Source of the DNA: Octopus bimaculoides
Lineage: Eukaryota
Assembly: GCF_001194135.2 (NCBI RefSeq)
Contig: NC_068981.1
Location: 74,040,770-74,087,579, forward strand
DNA length: 46,810 bases
Direction: 5' to 3'
Positions 11,553-22,879 of this stretch are shown here, piece by piece. Position numbers and translations under genes: made by a program. A model generated the notes under the pieces. That model did no database searches and was not told the DNA's origin. It saw nothing but the letters and a program-made list of their open reading frames with translations. How positions within the stretch are numbered: the stretch's first letter is position 1; each line of letters starts with the position of its first letter.

Positions 11553-12138
11553 NNNNNNNNNNNNNNNNNNNNNNNNNNNNNNNNNNNNNNNNNNNNNNNN
11601 NNNNNNNNNNNNNNNNNNNNNNNNNNNNNNNNNNNNNNNNNNNNNNNNNNNNNNNNNNNNNNNNNNNNNNNNNNNNNNNNNNNNNNNNNNNNNNNNNNNN
11701 NNNNNNNNNNNNNNNNNNNNNNNNNNNNNNNNNNNNNNNNNNNNNNNNNNNNNNNNNNNNNNNNNNNNNNNNNNNNNNNNNNNNNNNNNNNNNNNNNNNN
11801 NNNNNNNNNNNNNNNNNNNNNNNNNNNNNNNNNNNNNNNNNNNNNNNNNNNNNNNNNNNNNNNNNNNNNNNNNNNNNNNNNNNNNNNNNNNNNNNNNNNN
11901 NNNNNNNNNNNNNNNNNNNNNNNNNNNNNNNNNNNNNNNNNNNNNNNNNNNNNNNNNNNNNNNNNNNNNNNNNNNNNNNNNNNNNNNNNNNNNNNNNNNN
12001 NNNNNNNNNNNNNNNNNNNNNNNNNNNNNNNNNNNNNNNNNNNNNNNNNNNNNNNNNNNNNNNNNNNNNNNNNNNNNNNNNNNNNNNNNNNNNNNNNNNN
12101 NNNNNNNNNNNNNNNNNNNNNNNNNNNNNNNNNNNNNT

Positions 12139-12337
12139 CCAAGGTAAAAAAAAAGCAAAGGCTAATACAGCTTTGCACCAGTGACGTCATGACTCATTTT
12201 TACAGCGAAGTAAACTGGAGCAACGTGAAATAAATTGTCTTGCTCAAGAACACAATACACAGCCCGGTCCGGGAGTCGAACTCACTATCTCATGATTATA
12301 AGTCCGGCACTCTAAACACTGAGCTATGCGCCTTCAC
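12139..12337 (-). mobile_element. SINE family C (CORE-like), 5' part; 3' part in gap
   Basis: Head GGCGCATAGCTCAGTGTTTAGAG...GAGTTCGACTCC, then GTTCTTGAGCAAGACAATTTATTTCACGTTGCTCCAG. Homologous to 34077-34439. Confidence 0.85.
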
Positions 12338-12355
12338 GTTATTAATATGCTGCAA

Positions 12356-12414
12356 AGCGGTTAGCTGGAAGTAACATTAGCACGCCGAACGAACTGCTTA
12401 GCAGTATCCCGTCT
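12356..12414 (+). mobile_element. SINE family B head, left half (before the ORF1 element)
   Basis: AGCGGTTAGCTGGAAGTAACATTAGCACGCCGAACGAACTGCTTAGCAGTATCCCGTCT is about 80% identical, by hand alignment, to other B heads in the window. Confidence 0.75.
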
Positions 12415-14039
12415 CTGTGAAGTTGTACGAGCTTGTTTGTTTGGCTATATTGTGTATTATTGGTCGGTTTTAGAGTTGTTGTGCCGTCTCTCGGTAGTAC
12501 TGAGAGATGGCAGGTGGAAGTCGTGTATATTCGGACCGAAGCGAAACTGAGTTGTCCTCTACGGAGGAAGAACTGGTTAAGGCAGTAAAGATGTTGGAAG
12601 CATGTCTGGAAAAGAAAAGTTTTGCAGAGACAACCGAGATGAGAAGGAAGAAAATAAACCTGGCAAATATGGAAAGAGACAGTCGAAAGGCCGTAAAGGT
12701 GGGGAACGACGTGAGGTTGTCCCCACCGCAGACAAGGATGGAGGAAATCCAAAAGAAGATGGTAACTTACAAAGTTTACTCAGTTGAGAAAATGAGAGTC
12801 GACCACATGGAGGAGAAAGAGATAGACAAGGCACTGATGACAGTCTGGCCAGATATTACCTACCTGGCCAGAGGAAGCAAGTTCGGGACTTTTATCGTTC
12901 ATTATAAAACAGAGGAAAGAGCGATAGCCCACACTGCCAAAGTGTTAAAAACGGAAAAGCTAGTCCTCTTGCTGTCTTACATGGGCAAGAGGATTGCCAA
13001 AATCAAAGTGGAAGGGATTCCCCCTGAAATCGATGCGGCTTGGGTGGTGGTGACTCTTGATTGAAAGAGAAAAAGAGGTGAAGGTAATTCAAGCAGAAGT
13101 GATGGAAGAAGCAACATGGAAGGGACAAATCATCGAAATTACCGTCCAAGCTGAGGTGGAGGTCCTCGAAGTGCTTCCCGAGAACCTGAGGATTGGGGAT
13201 TTGATCCTGAAAGTGTGGGTGGAGGTCAGGATTCCTCGCTGTTTGAAATGTGGCCAGAAAGGCCACATAAGAGTGAACTGCCCTCCACCACCCAAAATGG
13301 TAGAAGAACGACAGCCACCATCACAGGAGAGGATACAAGAAGTAGAAAGAGAAACTCCAGTATAAGAAGATAGGGAATGGGAAATAGCCGGGAAATGAAA
13401 AAAAAAAAGAAAAAGAAAGTACTTGTGAACCCCAACCCACCCAGTACCCACCCTCTCCCTTTTCACCACACCCTCCCCATACAGACACCAAACCTACCCA
13501 TTCCCTTCCATCAATAAAACAGAAAAGAAATGCAAGCACACATGATGTAGATATGGTTCCCTCTCCCCCTGTTTGTTTTGCTTTCGTTTTGTATGCGAAC
13601 GCGGAGGATGACGTTGTAAACCGGATGTGGTTGAAATGGAATTCTGGGGTGAAGATGGTGATACTATGATATGCCAATTGTGAAATAAGGCACAAACGGA
13701 GATAGTAAAAAAAGTATGATAAAGGTATTGAATTGTGGAAGGTGATCGGGGATAATAGAGAGCAATTGCCAAAACAGACTTGTTATACCGAACTAAAAAA
13801 TGACTACGGTATTGAACTGCTGGATTTTAGATAAGTATGATTGAACGGCAACACGGTTTCAATGTAACGACTCGACTTCGGGGATCGAGTGGGCATTCCG
13901 ACTCATTATATCATCTTTTTCATGATTCATTTGTTTCTTTTAATTTTGCTTCTTTCTTTATGCCTCCTTTTTATAATTTTAGTTCCCCGATATTGTGTAC
14001 GTACCTTCTATGTTGGCCCCTGGTGGGCAATAAAGAAAT
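12415..14039 (+). mobile_element. Non-autonomous ORF1-only non-LTR retroelement (Tx1/L1-like, HAL1-type architecture)
   Basis: 92 nt 5' UTR, a decayed gag-like ORF1, a T-rich 3' UTR, and a tail CTATGTTGGCCCCTGGTGGGCAATAAAGAAAT. Flanked by imperfect direct repeats CAGTATCCCGTCT (12402-12414) and CGGTATTTCGTCT (14040-14052). No APE or RT motifs in the frames I read. Confidence 0.75.
12507..13833 (+). pseudogene. Decayed LINE ORF1 (RRM-like region plus CX2CX4HX4C zinc knuckle)
   Basis: ORF 12507-13064 joins ORF 13057-13365 by a single frameshift. It contains FGTFIVHY, KIKVEGIPPE and LPENLRIGDLILKVWVEVRIPRCLKCGQKGHIRVNCP (knuckle at 13240-13281), the typical Tx1/L1 ORF1 C-terminal pattern. Broken coding-like sequence continues to ...YGIELLDFR* at about 13833. 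Confidence 0.8.
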
Positions 14040-14208
14040 CGGTATTTCGTCTGCCGCTACGTTCTGAGTTCAAATTCCACCGAGGTCGACTTTGCCTTTC
14101 ATCCTTTCGGGGTCGATAAATTTAGTACCAGTTGCGTTCTGGGGTCGATCTAATCGACTGGCCCCTCCCCCAAATTTCGAGCCTTGTGCTTAGAGTAGAA
14201 AAGAATAT
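14040..14208 (+). mobile_element. SINE family B, right part (after the ORF1 element)
   Basis: Starts at CGGTATTTCGTCTGCC, contains B box and central block, ends AGAGTAGAAAAGAATATT. Confidence 0.92.
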
Positions 14209-14789
14209 TGATAATATATATTGCTATTTTTTTTTTGTTTTCTTGTTTTCATTACTGTTATAATTATTGTTTTTTGTTGTTATTAAGATCTTATGTTCTT
14301 GCTTTTTAAAAGATGTGTAACCCTGACTACAGTGAAAGCAACTGACGTTATTATCTCCAGTAATTTGCAGTAGACATTTTCGCACTTTGTTTGGCATCAG
14401 TGTGCTAAGAGCTTTTCACAAGAGTAAGAATGTCACGCATTTTCAAAGGAGAGACATCCAACTATGTCGACGACTGTAAATCTATTGGTTTTTCTTTTAA
14501 AGGCTCTTTTGGGAATAAAAGACAAAGTTAACACCGGCGATATTTCAGCACAGAACTGCGAAGGTTGAAATGAAATACTAAATAACATTGAGAACATCAC
14601 TCAACAGCTTCTGTTTTTCCTCCACCTTAACACCAATTTGATAATGATCTTTGGCATGGAACAAAAAAAAATCATTCATTTTTATGGAGAATATAACGTC
14701 TTGAATCAACTGTATAAAAAAGAAACGAAAAACATGTATTTATTTAGTCAACCCCCGAAGAGAAACAAAATCAAGCTTACCTAGATTTG

Positions 14790-15210
14790 AACTCAGAACG
14801 TGATTAAACACTCAAATGCATTTAAAATTCTTTCGCTTTTGCACTGGCATAATATTTCTTACGTTTGACACAAACTCATTGATTTGTAGGAGAAAGTCAC
14901 CTCGTACCGAGTCGACACGCTCGAATGTGTATTTATTTTATCGACCCAGGATTGACGAGAGGCAAGGTAGATACTGAAGAAATCTGAATTCAGAACGCAG
15001 GAGCAGGAGATTAAATATGAAACAGCATTTAGTTCGATGACATACCGTTTCTGCTCATCCCTGGCTTTTCTTTATTCTTGTAAAATAAGGCAAAAATGTT
15101 TGTGAGATGGGAACAGTCAACGACGTCGAGCCCTGTACCTGCTTGGGACTCCAATTCATTTACGCCGGCAAGACAAAGTCTACGTCGGTGAATTTTGAAC
15201 TCAGATCGCA
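14790..15210 (-). mobile_element. Old, fragmented SINE-B remnants
   Basis: Recurrent GAACTCAGAAC / GAATTCAGAAC B-box fragments at about 14790, 14990 and 15195, with degenerate central blocks. Confidence 0.55.
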
Positions 15211-15510
15211 AAGGGACATAAATAAACGCGACAAGGTACCTTGTGAGACGTTTACCAATTCTGTTGTACCCGCATCATAAGCAGAAATTATTAGTGGCGA
15301 ATCACTGTTTCGATTCTCGATTCAGAAAAGTTCAACTTCCATACACGCCTAACGCTTTGTCATACAGATATGTGTCACAATATGTCATAATTGTCTTTTT
15401 AAAATCGTATGACATTCTAGACAAGTCAGAAAGAAAATAATAAAACAGCAAAAACCACACATTTTGAAGGACTGTCCAGTTCCTGACAACTGTTTCTTTC
15501 ACTTATCAAA

Positions 15511-15733
15511 TAATAAGAATGGTTTCAAATGTTGGCACAAGGCCAGCAAGTTCGGGTGAGAGGGTAAGTGGATTACATTGATCCCAGTGTTCAACTGGTA
15601 CTTATTTTATTGACCCTGAGAGGATGAAATGTCAAGTTAACCTCGCCGGAATTTGAACTCAGAACTTAAAGACAGATAAAATACGGCTAAGCATTTTGTC
15701 TGGCATGCCAACGATTCTGCCAGCTCGCCGCCT
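15511..15733 (-). mobile_element. SINE family B (tail variant GGCCTTGTGCCAACATTTGAAACC)
   Basis: Full head and central block. Confidence 0.88.
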
Positions 15734-15744
15734 TTATGATAAAA

Positions 15745-15935
15745 ATAACCATTCTACTGTAGGCACAAGACCTAAAATTTGGTAGGAGGGGGATTGTTGA
15801 TTACATCGATCCTAGTGCTTAACTGGTACTTATTTCATCGATCCAGTAAGGATAAAAGGCAAAATCGGCCTCGACGGAGCTTGAACTGAGAACGTAAAGA
15901 CGGGCGACGTGTCGCTAAGCATTTTGTCCAGTATA
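15745..15935 (-). mobile_element. SINE family B, 5' truncated
   Basis: Central block and tail; tandem to the previous copy. Confidence 0.82.
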
Positions 15936-16452
15936 CGACATACAACCAAGATTTGAACTCAGATTATAAAAGGACTTCAGACATTATGTTGAGTGCTCGA
16001 ACCATAGAAGGGAAGAAATAAATCGTTCAATTTTCACACGATTTTGGTTGTCGTACTTGTGTATGTGTGTGCTTACATGTTTGTGTAGTTTGCTAAATGA
16101 AATTTAAACGAATTAGTCTTGTTGTCAAATATGCTTTTTCTAATAACTTGAGTTACCATCTCATAGATCCAGTGTGACTTCAAACCACTTTGAACGTGTG
16201 GGCTCTTGTTAAAACAAGGTCGCACACATTTTCATACACATGTATACACATACATATATATAAATACTTGCACGCACACACACACACACACATATACACA
16301 TACATATGTATGTATGTATGTGCATGTACATGCGGGCACGTACTCACACAACTGTAGGCGAGAAGGAGAGGCAAAGAAACATAAAAATGGATTAAGAAGA
16401 AAAAAAAGTGAAGTGAACGAAAGACAGAAAGAGATAAATTTGCGGAGGGCAA

Positions 16453-16455
<3 letters not shown>

Positions 16456-16535
<80 letters not shown>
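16456..16535. repeat. (AG)n microsatellite
   Basis: Direct inspection. Confidence 0.95.
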
Positions 16536-16540
<5 letters not shown>

Positions 16541-17189
16541 AGTGATACAAATAAAAATAAAAAGCCGAAATACAGAGAAAAGATACTGAAAAGAGATATT
16601 AGATTCTTCTGTACAAATGTAACACTTCAAAATTAAATTAAAATGAACATAAACTCTCAATTACAAACATGAAACTAATTTTGTTGAGCAAACTGTAAGG
16701 CAATAAAGAAATATATTCAACATATACATACATCTTATATTACATCCAGGAAAAATAAACAACACACAGAGTGTGTTACATGAATCAAATGTTCCCAGGC
16801 TTTATAGAATAGAATTACAGACTATCTAAAAATCAAAATCAAATAGAGCACAACATATAATACACCCACCAATAAACTAGCATTACCAATGACCAGCTGG
16901 TCCTAGAGAGATTCCATATTCTACAAAGAGTTTTAGTTTTGTTTTGGTACATGAATTTATAGATATTCATAACATTGAATGTAAAAGATTTTGATAGACT
17001 TCGATGTCATTCGACAGTTCAGATTGTAGAAAGCGTAACATTCGAGCTTGTTTCATTATGTTAAAAAATGATTATGACTCCGATTTTGTTCCATATGTAA
17101 GGTTGTTGTTAGATAACCCTTGAACTATTTTTTTTACTTATATTAAAGATTTCAATAGATACCTTCTGTTTCGTTCTATTGTTATGATG

Positions 17190-17390
17190 GCTGAAAGTGG
17201 CAGAACATTTAACGCGTTGAACAAAATGCTTACTAAGATTTTTGTTCGTACTTTACGTTCTGAGTTCAAATATTATCGAGGTCAACTTTGCATTTCTACC
17301 CTAACCCTATTACATCGGGGTTGGGGTGATGTAATAGTCTTCCAACTCCCACCAAAATTCCTGGCCTTGAGCCAAAATTAGAATTATATT
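17190..17390 (+). mobile_element. Diverged SINE family B
   Basis: ACGTTCTGAGTTCAAAT...GAGGTCAACTTTGC; tail GGCCTTGAGCCAAAATTAG. Confidence 0.7.
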
Positions 17391-18458
17391 GAAAATTTCG
17401 ATTACATTCCTGATTTCTTCATGTAGCTATACTTGTTTCAAAGTGTCACACTCAAACACACGTCATGGCAAGCAGAATAAGATTATAAATGGATAAAAGT
17501 AAACGGCAAATTATAAATCTTTTCATCAACCACAAACATTAAGCCGGGAAACCGCTGAGCAGCTTCAGATCATTAATGTATTTTGCGAATTTATATGCAA
17601 ACACTAACCTTATATACTTAATGACTTTATTTTATCTCTCAACAGGTAAACATGCATCTACAACAAGGCTCGGTATTAGAGTATTCAGTGATGTAGACTA
17701 ACCCTACAATGAGGTCTTCTTTCTCTAATTTTTCTATAGATTCTTCCAGTCACCACCCTCTTTACAGTGGCTATAAAATGCAATAAAGAAACTATAATTA
17801 TTATAATTTTCGAGCAAGAAATGTATGATCTTATGATCCTGAATATGACTATGTAAATCTGTCACTGGGCAAAATTAGAACTGTTTCACGCGAAATCATG
17901 TGAAAGGTGCGAGCACCGCACAGAAGCTTCTCGATTCAGTCCTCAGCCACTCATATTCTCCAGCTAGTGTTTCGGGAGTAGCCTAATCCGATCTTTTTGC
18001 TATTAGGTTTTCGTGCTTCCAATTAGACAGAGAAAATTCGTTTAAATTATTCATGGTGCTTCCGAACTTAGGAGCCGGGCGATCACTTAGTCTATCTACT
18101 CCGTAGCATCATACCTGTCTTTAGCACGAAGTGATCATAACAGATTTTATTACATAATAAAACGGAATATCAGATAAAAAAAAAATTTCTTTTGATTTAT
18201 CTAAATTCTATAGATTTCTGAGTGAAAATCTGATAATTGACCATACAAGTGTATTAATAGCAAAACATAGAGCAAAATATCGATATGCAGATAGCAGAAT
18301 TTACATAATATTCAGTTTCCCCAATGACTACAGTAATAGATTATTATTTTCGTCACCGTACATTATTATTGCTTCTATTTTCCTCTCTCATTGAACAGAT
18401 TTATGATCATAGTTGCTCCAGCCGTAACTATTACGATTTTTCAAACAATATATATATA

Positions 18459-19222
18459 TTGGGTCATCTCATAAATAATGCAATTTTTTTATACTTCTTT
18501 TATTTTTCAAAATTATGATAAGCAAAGTTCTTTTTTAATATAAAATATACTCGCTTTTATTTTCTACAATGCTCTTCCATCTATCTGGTAGACTCGCAAG
18601 GCCTCACTTCCAAAATTCACTTGTCCGTGAAGAAAAATACTTCTCCAGTATTGTTCAGACCTCGTCTACAGAATTCATATTTTTTCCGTCCAAATGATTT
18701 TGAAGACTACGGAATAAATGATAATCACATGGGGCAATGTCCAGCGAATATGGTGCGTTGGGCATCGTTTCCCATTCAAACTGCTCCAGCCTTTGGAATG
18801 TTCCATCAGCGTTTGCAGGACGTCCTCGTCGAGTTCTACAGATCTTCCAGGACGAGGATCGTCTTCTAGGTTGTAGTTTCCAGTTCGGAATTTCAGGAAC
18901 CACCGTTCATACTGGCTTACGCTTATTGTCTGGTCCCCCTACACTGCATTAATATTCTTCTCACTTTCCGTTGCGTTGCTGCTTTTATTGAACTCATAAA
19001 GCAAAACATGCCCAATATGTTCCTTTGTCATTTTCATTATATCTTTGAAAAAATAACTGTTAAAATCCAACTGCACTCTTCGCAACTTGTACTAAGAATA
19101 AGGACAAGGTAAAATTACTACCTGCTTTTATATCAAGTTGATGCAGGTAGTTTATCCCGTTCCCTTTTGACTTTTGGCTCATGCAATTGAAAAAAAACCG
19201 CATTATTTACTGGATGACCCAA
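18459..19222 (-). mobile_element. Internally deleted mariner (second subfamily)
   Basis: TA|TTGGGTCATC ... GATGACCCAA|TA TIRs. Minus strand gives HVLLYEFNK...RWFLKFRTGNYNLEDDPRPGR and PYSLDIAPCDYHLFRSLQNHL. Confidence 0.92.
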
Positions 19223-19372
19223 TAATTATCCAGTAGGTCTTTCCGATTTTGAAAGACTTGGAGATAGTTATGTTGGTGTTAGCATATGTAATTAACTAAC
19301 ATTTTTACAAAATGAAAATTAGACACATACTAAGGGGAAAATATCTGTCTAATGGTCAATTTTGGTCAGAAA

Positions 19373-19610
19373 AGGCGGCGAGATGGCAGAAAAATTAACG
19401 CGATGTGCGAAATGCTTAGCGGTAATTCGTCTGCCGCTACGTTCTGAGTTCGAATTCTGCCGAGGTCGACTTTGCCTTTCATCCTTTCGGGGTCGATTAA
19501 ATAAATAGCAGTTACGCACTGGGGTCGATATAATCGACTTAATCCGTTTGTCTGTCCTTGTTTGTCCCCACTGTGTGTAGCCCCTTGCGGGCAGTAAAGA
19601 AATAAGAAAT
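19373..19610 (+). mobile_element. SINE family B, subfamily B2 (GCCCC...GGGCAGTAAAGAAAT tail)
   Basis: B head and central block followed by a different 3' region ending AAAGAAATAAGAAAT. Confidence 0.9.
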
Positions 19611-20088
19611 GGCAGAGAAGATCATTCTGAAATTTAAATTAGTTCATTACAGAATGTAAATTGTAGACATTTGCAAATAAACAGTGAAGAATGTTTAGAA
19701 ACACTTAACGTTACCTGTGACAGAATATAAACCATCGACACTTTGACTCGCTCCAAGTTATTTTGGACATATGTATAGAGTAGAGTCACATATAGACCTA
19801 GATATATTGTTGTCTATGTATTCGACTACTCAGATACTTTTCTCTACGTGTTCTTCTAAATTCATGTGTACTTGCGTGCGTATATATATATATATATATA
19901 TNNNNNNNNNNNNNNNNNNNNNNNNNNNNNNNNNNNNNNNNNNNNNNNNNNNNNNNNNNNNNNNNNNNNNNNNNNNNNNNNNNNNNNNNNNNNNNNNNNN
20001 NNNNNNNNNNNNNNNNNNNNNNNNNNNNNNNNNNNNNNNNNNNNNNNNNNNNNNNNNNNNNNNNNNNNNNNNNNNNNNNNNNNNNNNN

Positions 20089-20140
<52 letters not shown>

Positions 20141-21312
20141 TAAGTTTGTATATACACGTATAGAAATAAATTCATGTTCACTCAAAAATGGGTGTAGCAT
20201 TTTTGATAGATGGCAAAAGAGTAGAAAACAGACAATGAAAGAAGACGTTTTGAGAGAAGAAAATTGCATTCAAATTAGAGGCCAAAGTATATAATAATTC
20301 AAAATTGTTTTATTGTTTCCAGGCTATAAAAGAACGGGTGGGAAAGAAATAAGAGAGTTTTTCCTGTTCTTAATAAGACCCTTTACCAATGATTCCTGCA
20401 AAGCAAAAGGTAGTATCGCACACTTGAAATAAATGGCCAGTTACTTAAGATAGAGCAAATTGCCATAAAAAGATGTATTATCACAAATAACAATTATATT
20501 CCACAATATTTTTCTCATTTCAATATATTAACCTACAATACAATTTGGTGAGATATTCTGGTAAAGTTTGCTGCATGTGTATACAAATATATACCTACTT
20601 GTATATGTGTTTCGAAACGAGGACGTTTCTTGTTTCAGGAAACTGATTTCAAGAATATAAGAAGAAACTTGAACGTAATAAATGAAAAGAAAAGGAAAAT
20701 GAGATGATAGAATTACAAAATGTTCTAGTTATAAATAATCACGTAGATACGTGTGACCTGGAATAATCTACTGGAGTAATTTCTATAAATTGTGCTTGTT
20801 TTCAACGAAGCTTGACCTTACATCTCAGCAATTTATTACTGACGGCGATTTATTTTAAATATATCTTCGTTCTGATTCTCTTTCCTGAGGTTGTTATTAT
20901 TGTTTAGTCTAAAAATCAACTATGACCAAGAGGAGCAATTATCATAGGCGTTTTAAACATGACCCCCGCCCAGTCATTTGTTCTAATATAGCATATAAGG
21001 ACTACATTACCTAAAATGTCTCAGTTTTTTGTTTGTTACTGTAGGATATAAATTTACAGAGATTTGGTTCATACTTTTATTAGATAGAACACATACACAC
21101 ACACACAAAATATAATACACACACAAACACACGCACATATATATATTAATCGGCTGCCATTACAGATTGACACAAGGGCCGAGAGATTCACGTATTAGAA
21201 CGAAAGTCTCGGCCCTTAAATCACTCGTTAACTTCTGCTGATTAATAAAAACACACTGACATTCATACATACATGAATACACACACACACACACACGCAC
21301 ACACACATACAT

Positions 21313-21384
<72 letters not shown>

Positions 21385-21386
<2 letters not shown>

Positions 21387-21811
21387 GACGGGCTTCTTTC
21401 AGTTTCCTATTTCTTTATTGCCCACAAGGGGCTAAACATAGACGGGACAGACAAGGGCAGACAAACGGATTAAGTCGATTACATCGACCCCAGTGCGTAA
21501 CTGGTACTTAATTTATCGATCCCGAAAGAATGAAAGGCAAAGTCGACATCGGCGGAATTTGAACTCAGAACGTAACGGCAGACGAAATACCGCTATGCTT
21601 TTCGCCCGGCGTGCTAACGTTTCTGCCAGCTCACCGCCTTCTTTCAGTTTCTTTTGGCTTCTTTCAGTTTCCGTCTACCAAATCTGCTCACAAGGCTTTG
21701 GTCGGCCCGAAGCTATACTAGAAGACACTTACCCAAGGTGCCACGCAGTGGGACTGAACCCGGAGCTATGTGGCTGGTAAGCAAGCTTCTTTCCACACAC
21801 CCGCTCCTGCA
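21385..21811 (-). mobile_element. SINE family A 5' half, interrupted by a SINE-B copy
   Basis: A-family sequence at 21385-21406 resumes at about 21656-21811, with a B copy between. Confidence 0.85.
21409..21639 (-). mobile_element. SINE family B2 nested in SINE A
   Basis: Tail GCCCCTTGTGGGCAATAAAGAAAT on the minus strand. CTTCTTTCAGTTTC flanks both sides (21393-21406, 21638-21651). Confidence 0.9.
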
Positions 21812-22879
21812 AACTCCTTCGTTGGCTCGTCCTGCTGCCTGTGGTTATTTTAGATGATTGTTGAATCGACAGAAAATTGATCTAACCGCCGAATTGATTG
21901 TGGGCCACATCCTGCCATCAGTTTTTTTTTTTAATGAAGGTTGGATCTAGAAAGTTATGTGTATCGTTTATTTTATAAAAAGCATAATTAATTTAACCAC
22001 AAAGTAGCCCATTCTTTGGTTCAGCTTTTTTTCTTGAATAATCGCAATTTCCGTCACGTCAGTAACAAGGAATTGGTAAGTCCAATCCGAGTCCTGGTCG
22101 TCAGTAAAAAATAATTTTCTGATGAACGACATAGGAATGAAATAAGAATTAAATATCTATTGTCGCTAAAATATCTGACGGTTATCAAACTTCCACTTTG
22201 GCAACGCATGTTGGAATAATTTCTCACTTTAAACAGTAGTGTCAACTTCAAAATCGATGGACGTTAAAATAGCTTGCTGTATTAAGTTCTCTCATGATTA
22301 TATATTACAAGGTAGAATGGGCTTCCCATGTTCATTTACAACTTTGATAGATTACGTATACATAAAGTCCTTAAAAGAGATCAGTCGTCCTGAGCAAGCC
22401 CTTCGTTGACTCAGAACCACTTCTTTTCTATACATTTAGGATTCACTCAATATTTATGCATAATCAAAATTATTAAGCGTCAGAAACTTTACAAAAACCA
22501 GCGGCGGATTATAGCGAGACGACGGTTTATACAACTGTAATCCACTAACAACTTAAGTGATCAGGAAAAAAAAACCACGCCTCTCTTGTAAGAACCAAAC
22601 ACTGCACATCACCATAGATCCTATTATCTGTCTTGTTTTTTAGAAACCGTGAGAAAATTGGGCTACCCCTAAAATATATCTTGAATGATAAATCAGTATT
22701 TTTTCCTGTTGTTCATATTGCCTTTTGCTTTTGAATTTTTGTCTTGGTACTTTTGATTTTATTAAGATAAGTCATATTCAGTTCTTAACCAGTTGTCACA
22801 CACACACAAAATGTACAATACATACAGTCATAGAAACTCGGCAGCAACAAACTATCAAACTATTTAATCATAACCATAT

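Noticed and set aside
13430-13480. C-rich tract (minus-strand G-quadruplex potential) in the ORF1 element
   Set aside because: Explained by Pro-rich codons in the decayed ORF; no independent support for function.
20323-20409. 87 nt open phase-1/phase-1 exon candidate with AG and GT signals
   Set aside because: No recognisable peptide and no compatible neighbouring exon; expected by chance in AT-rich DNA.
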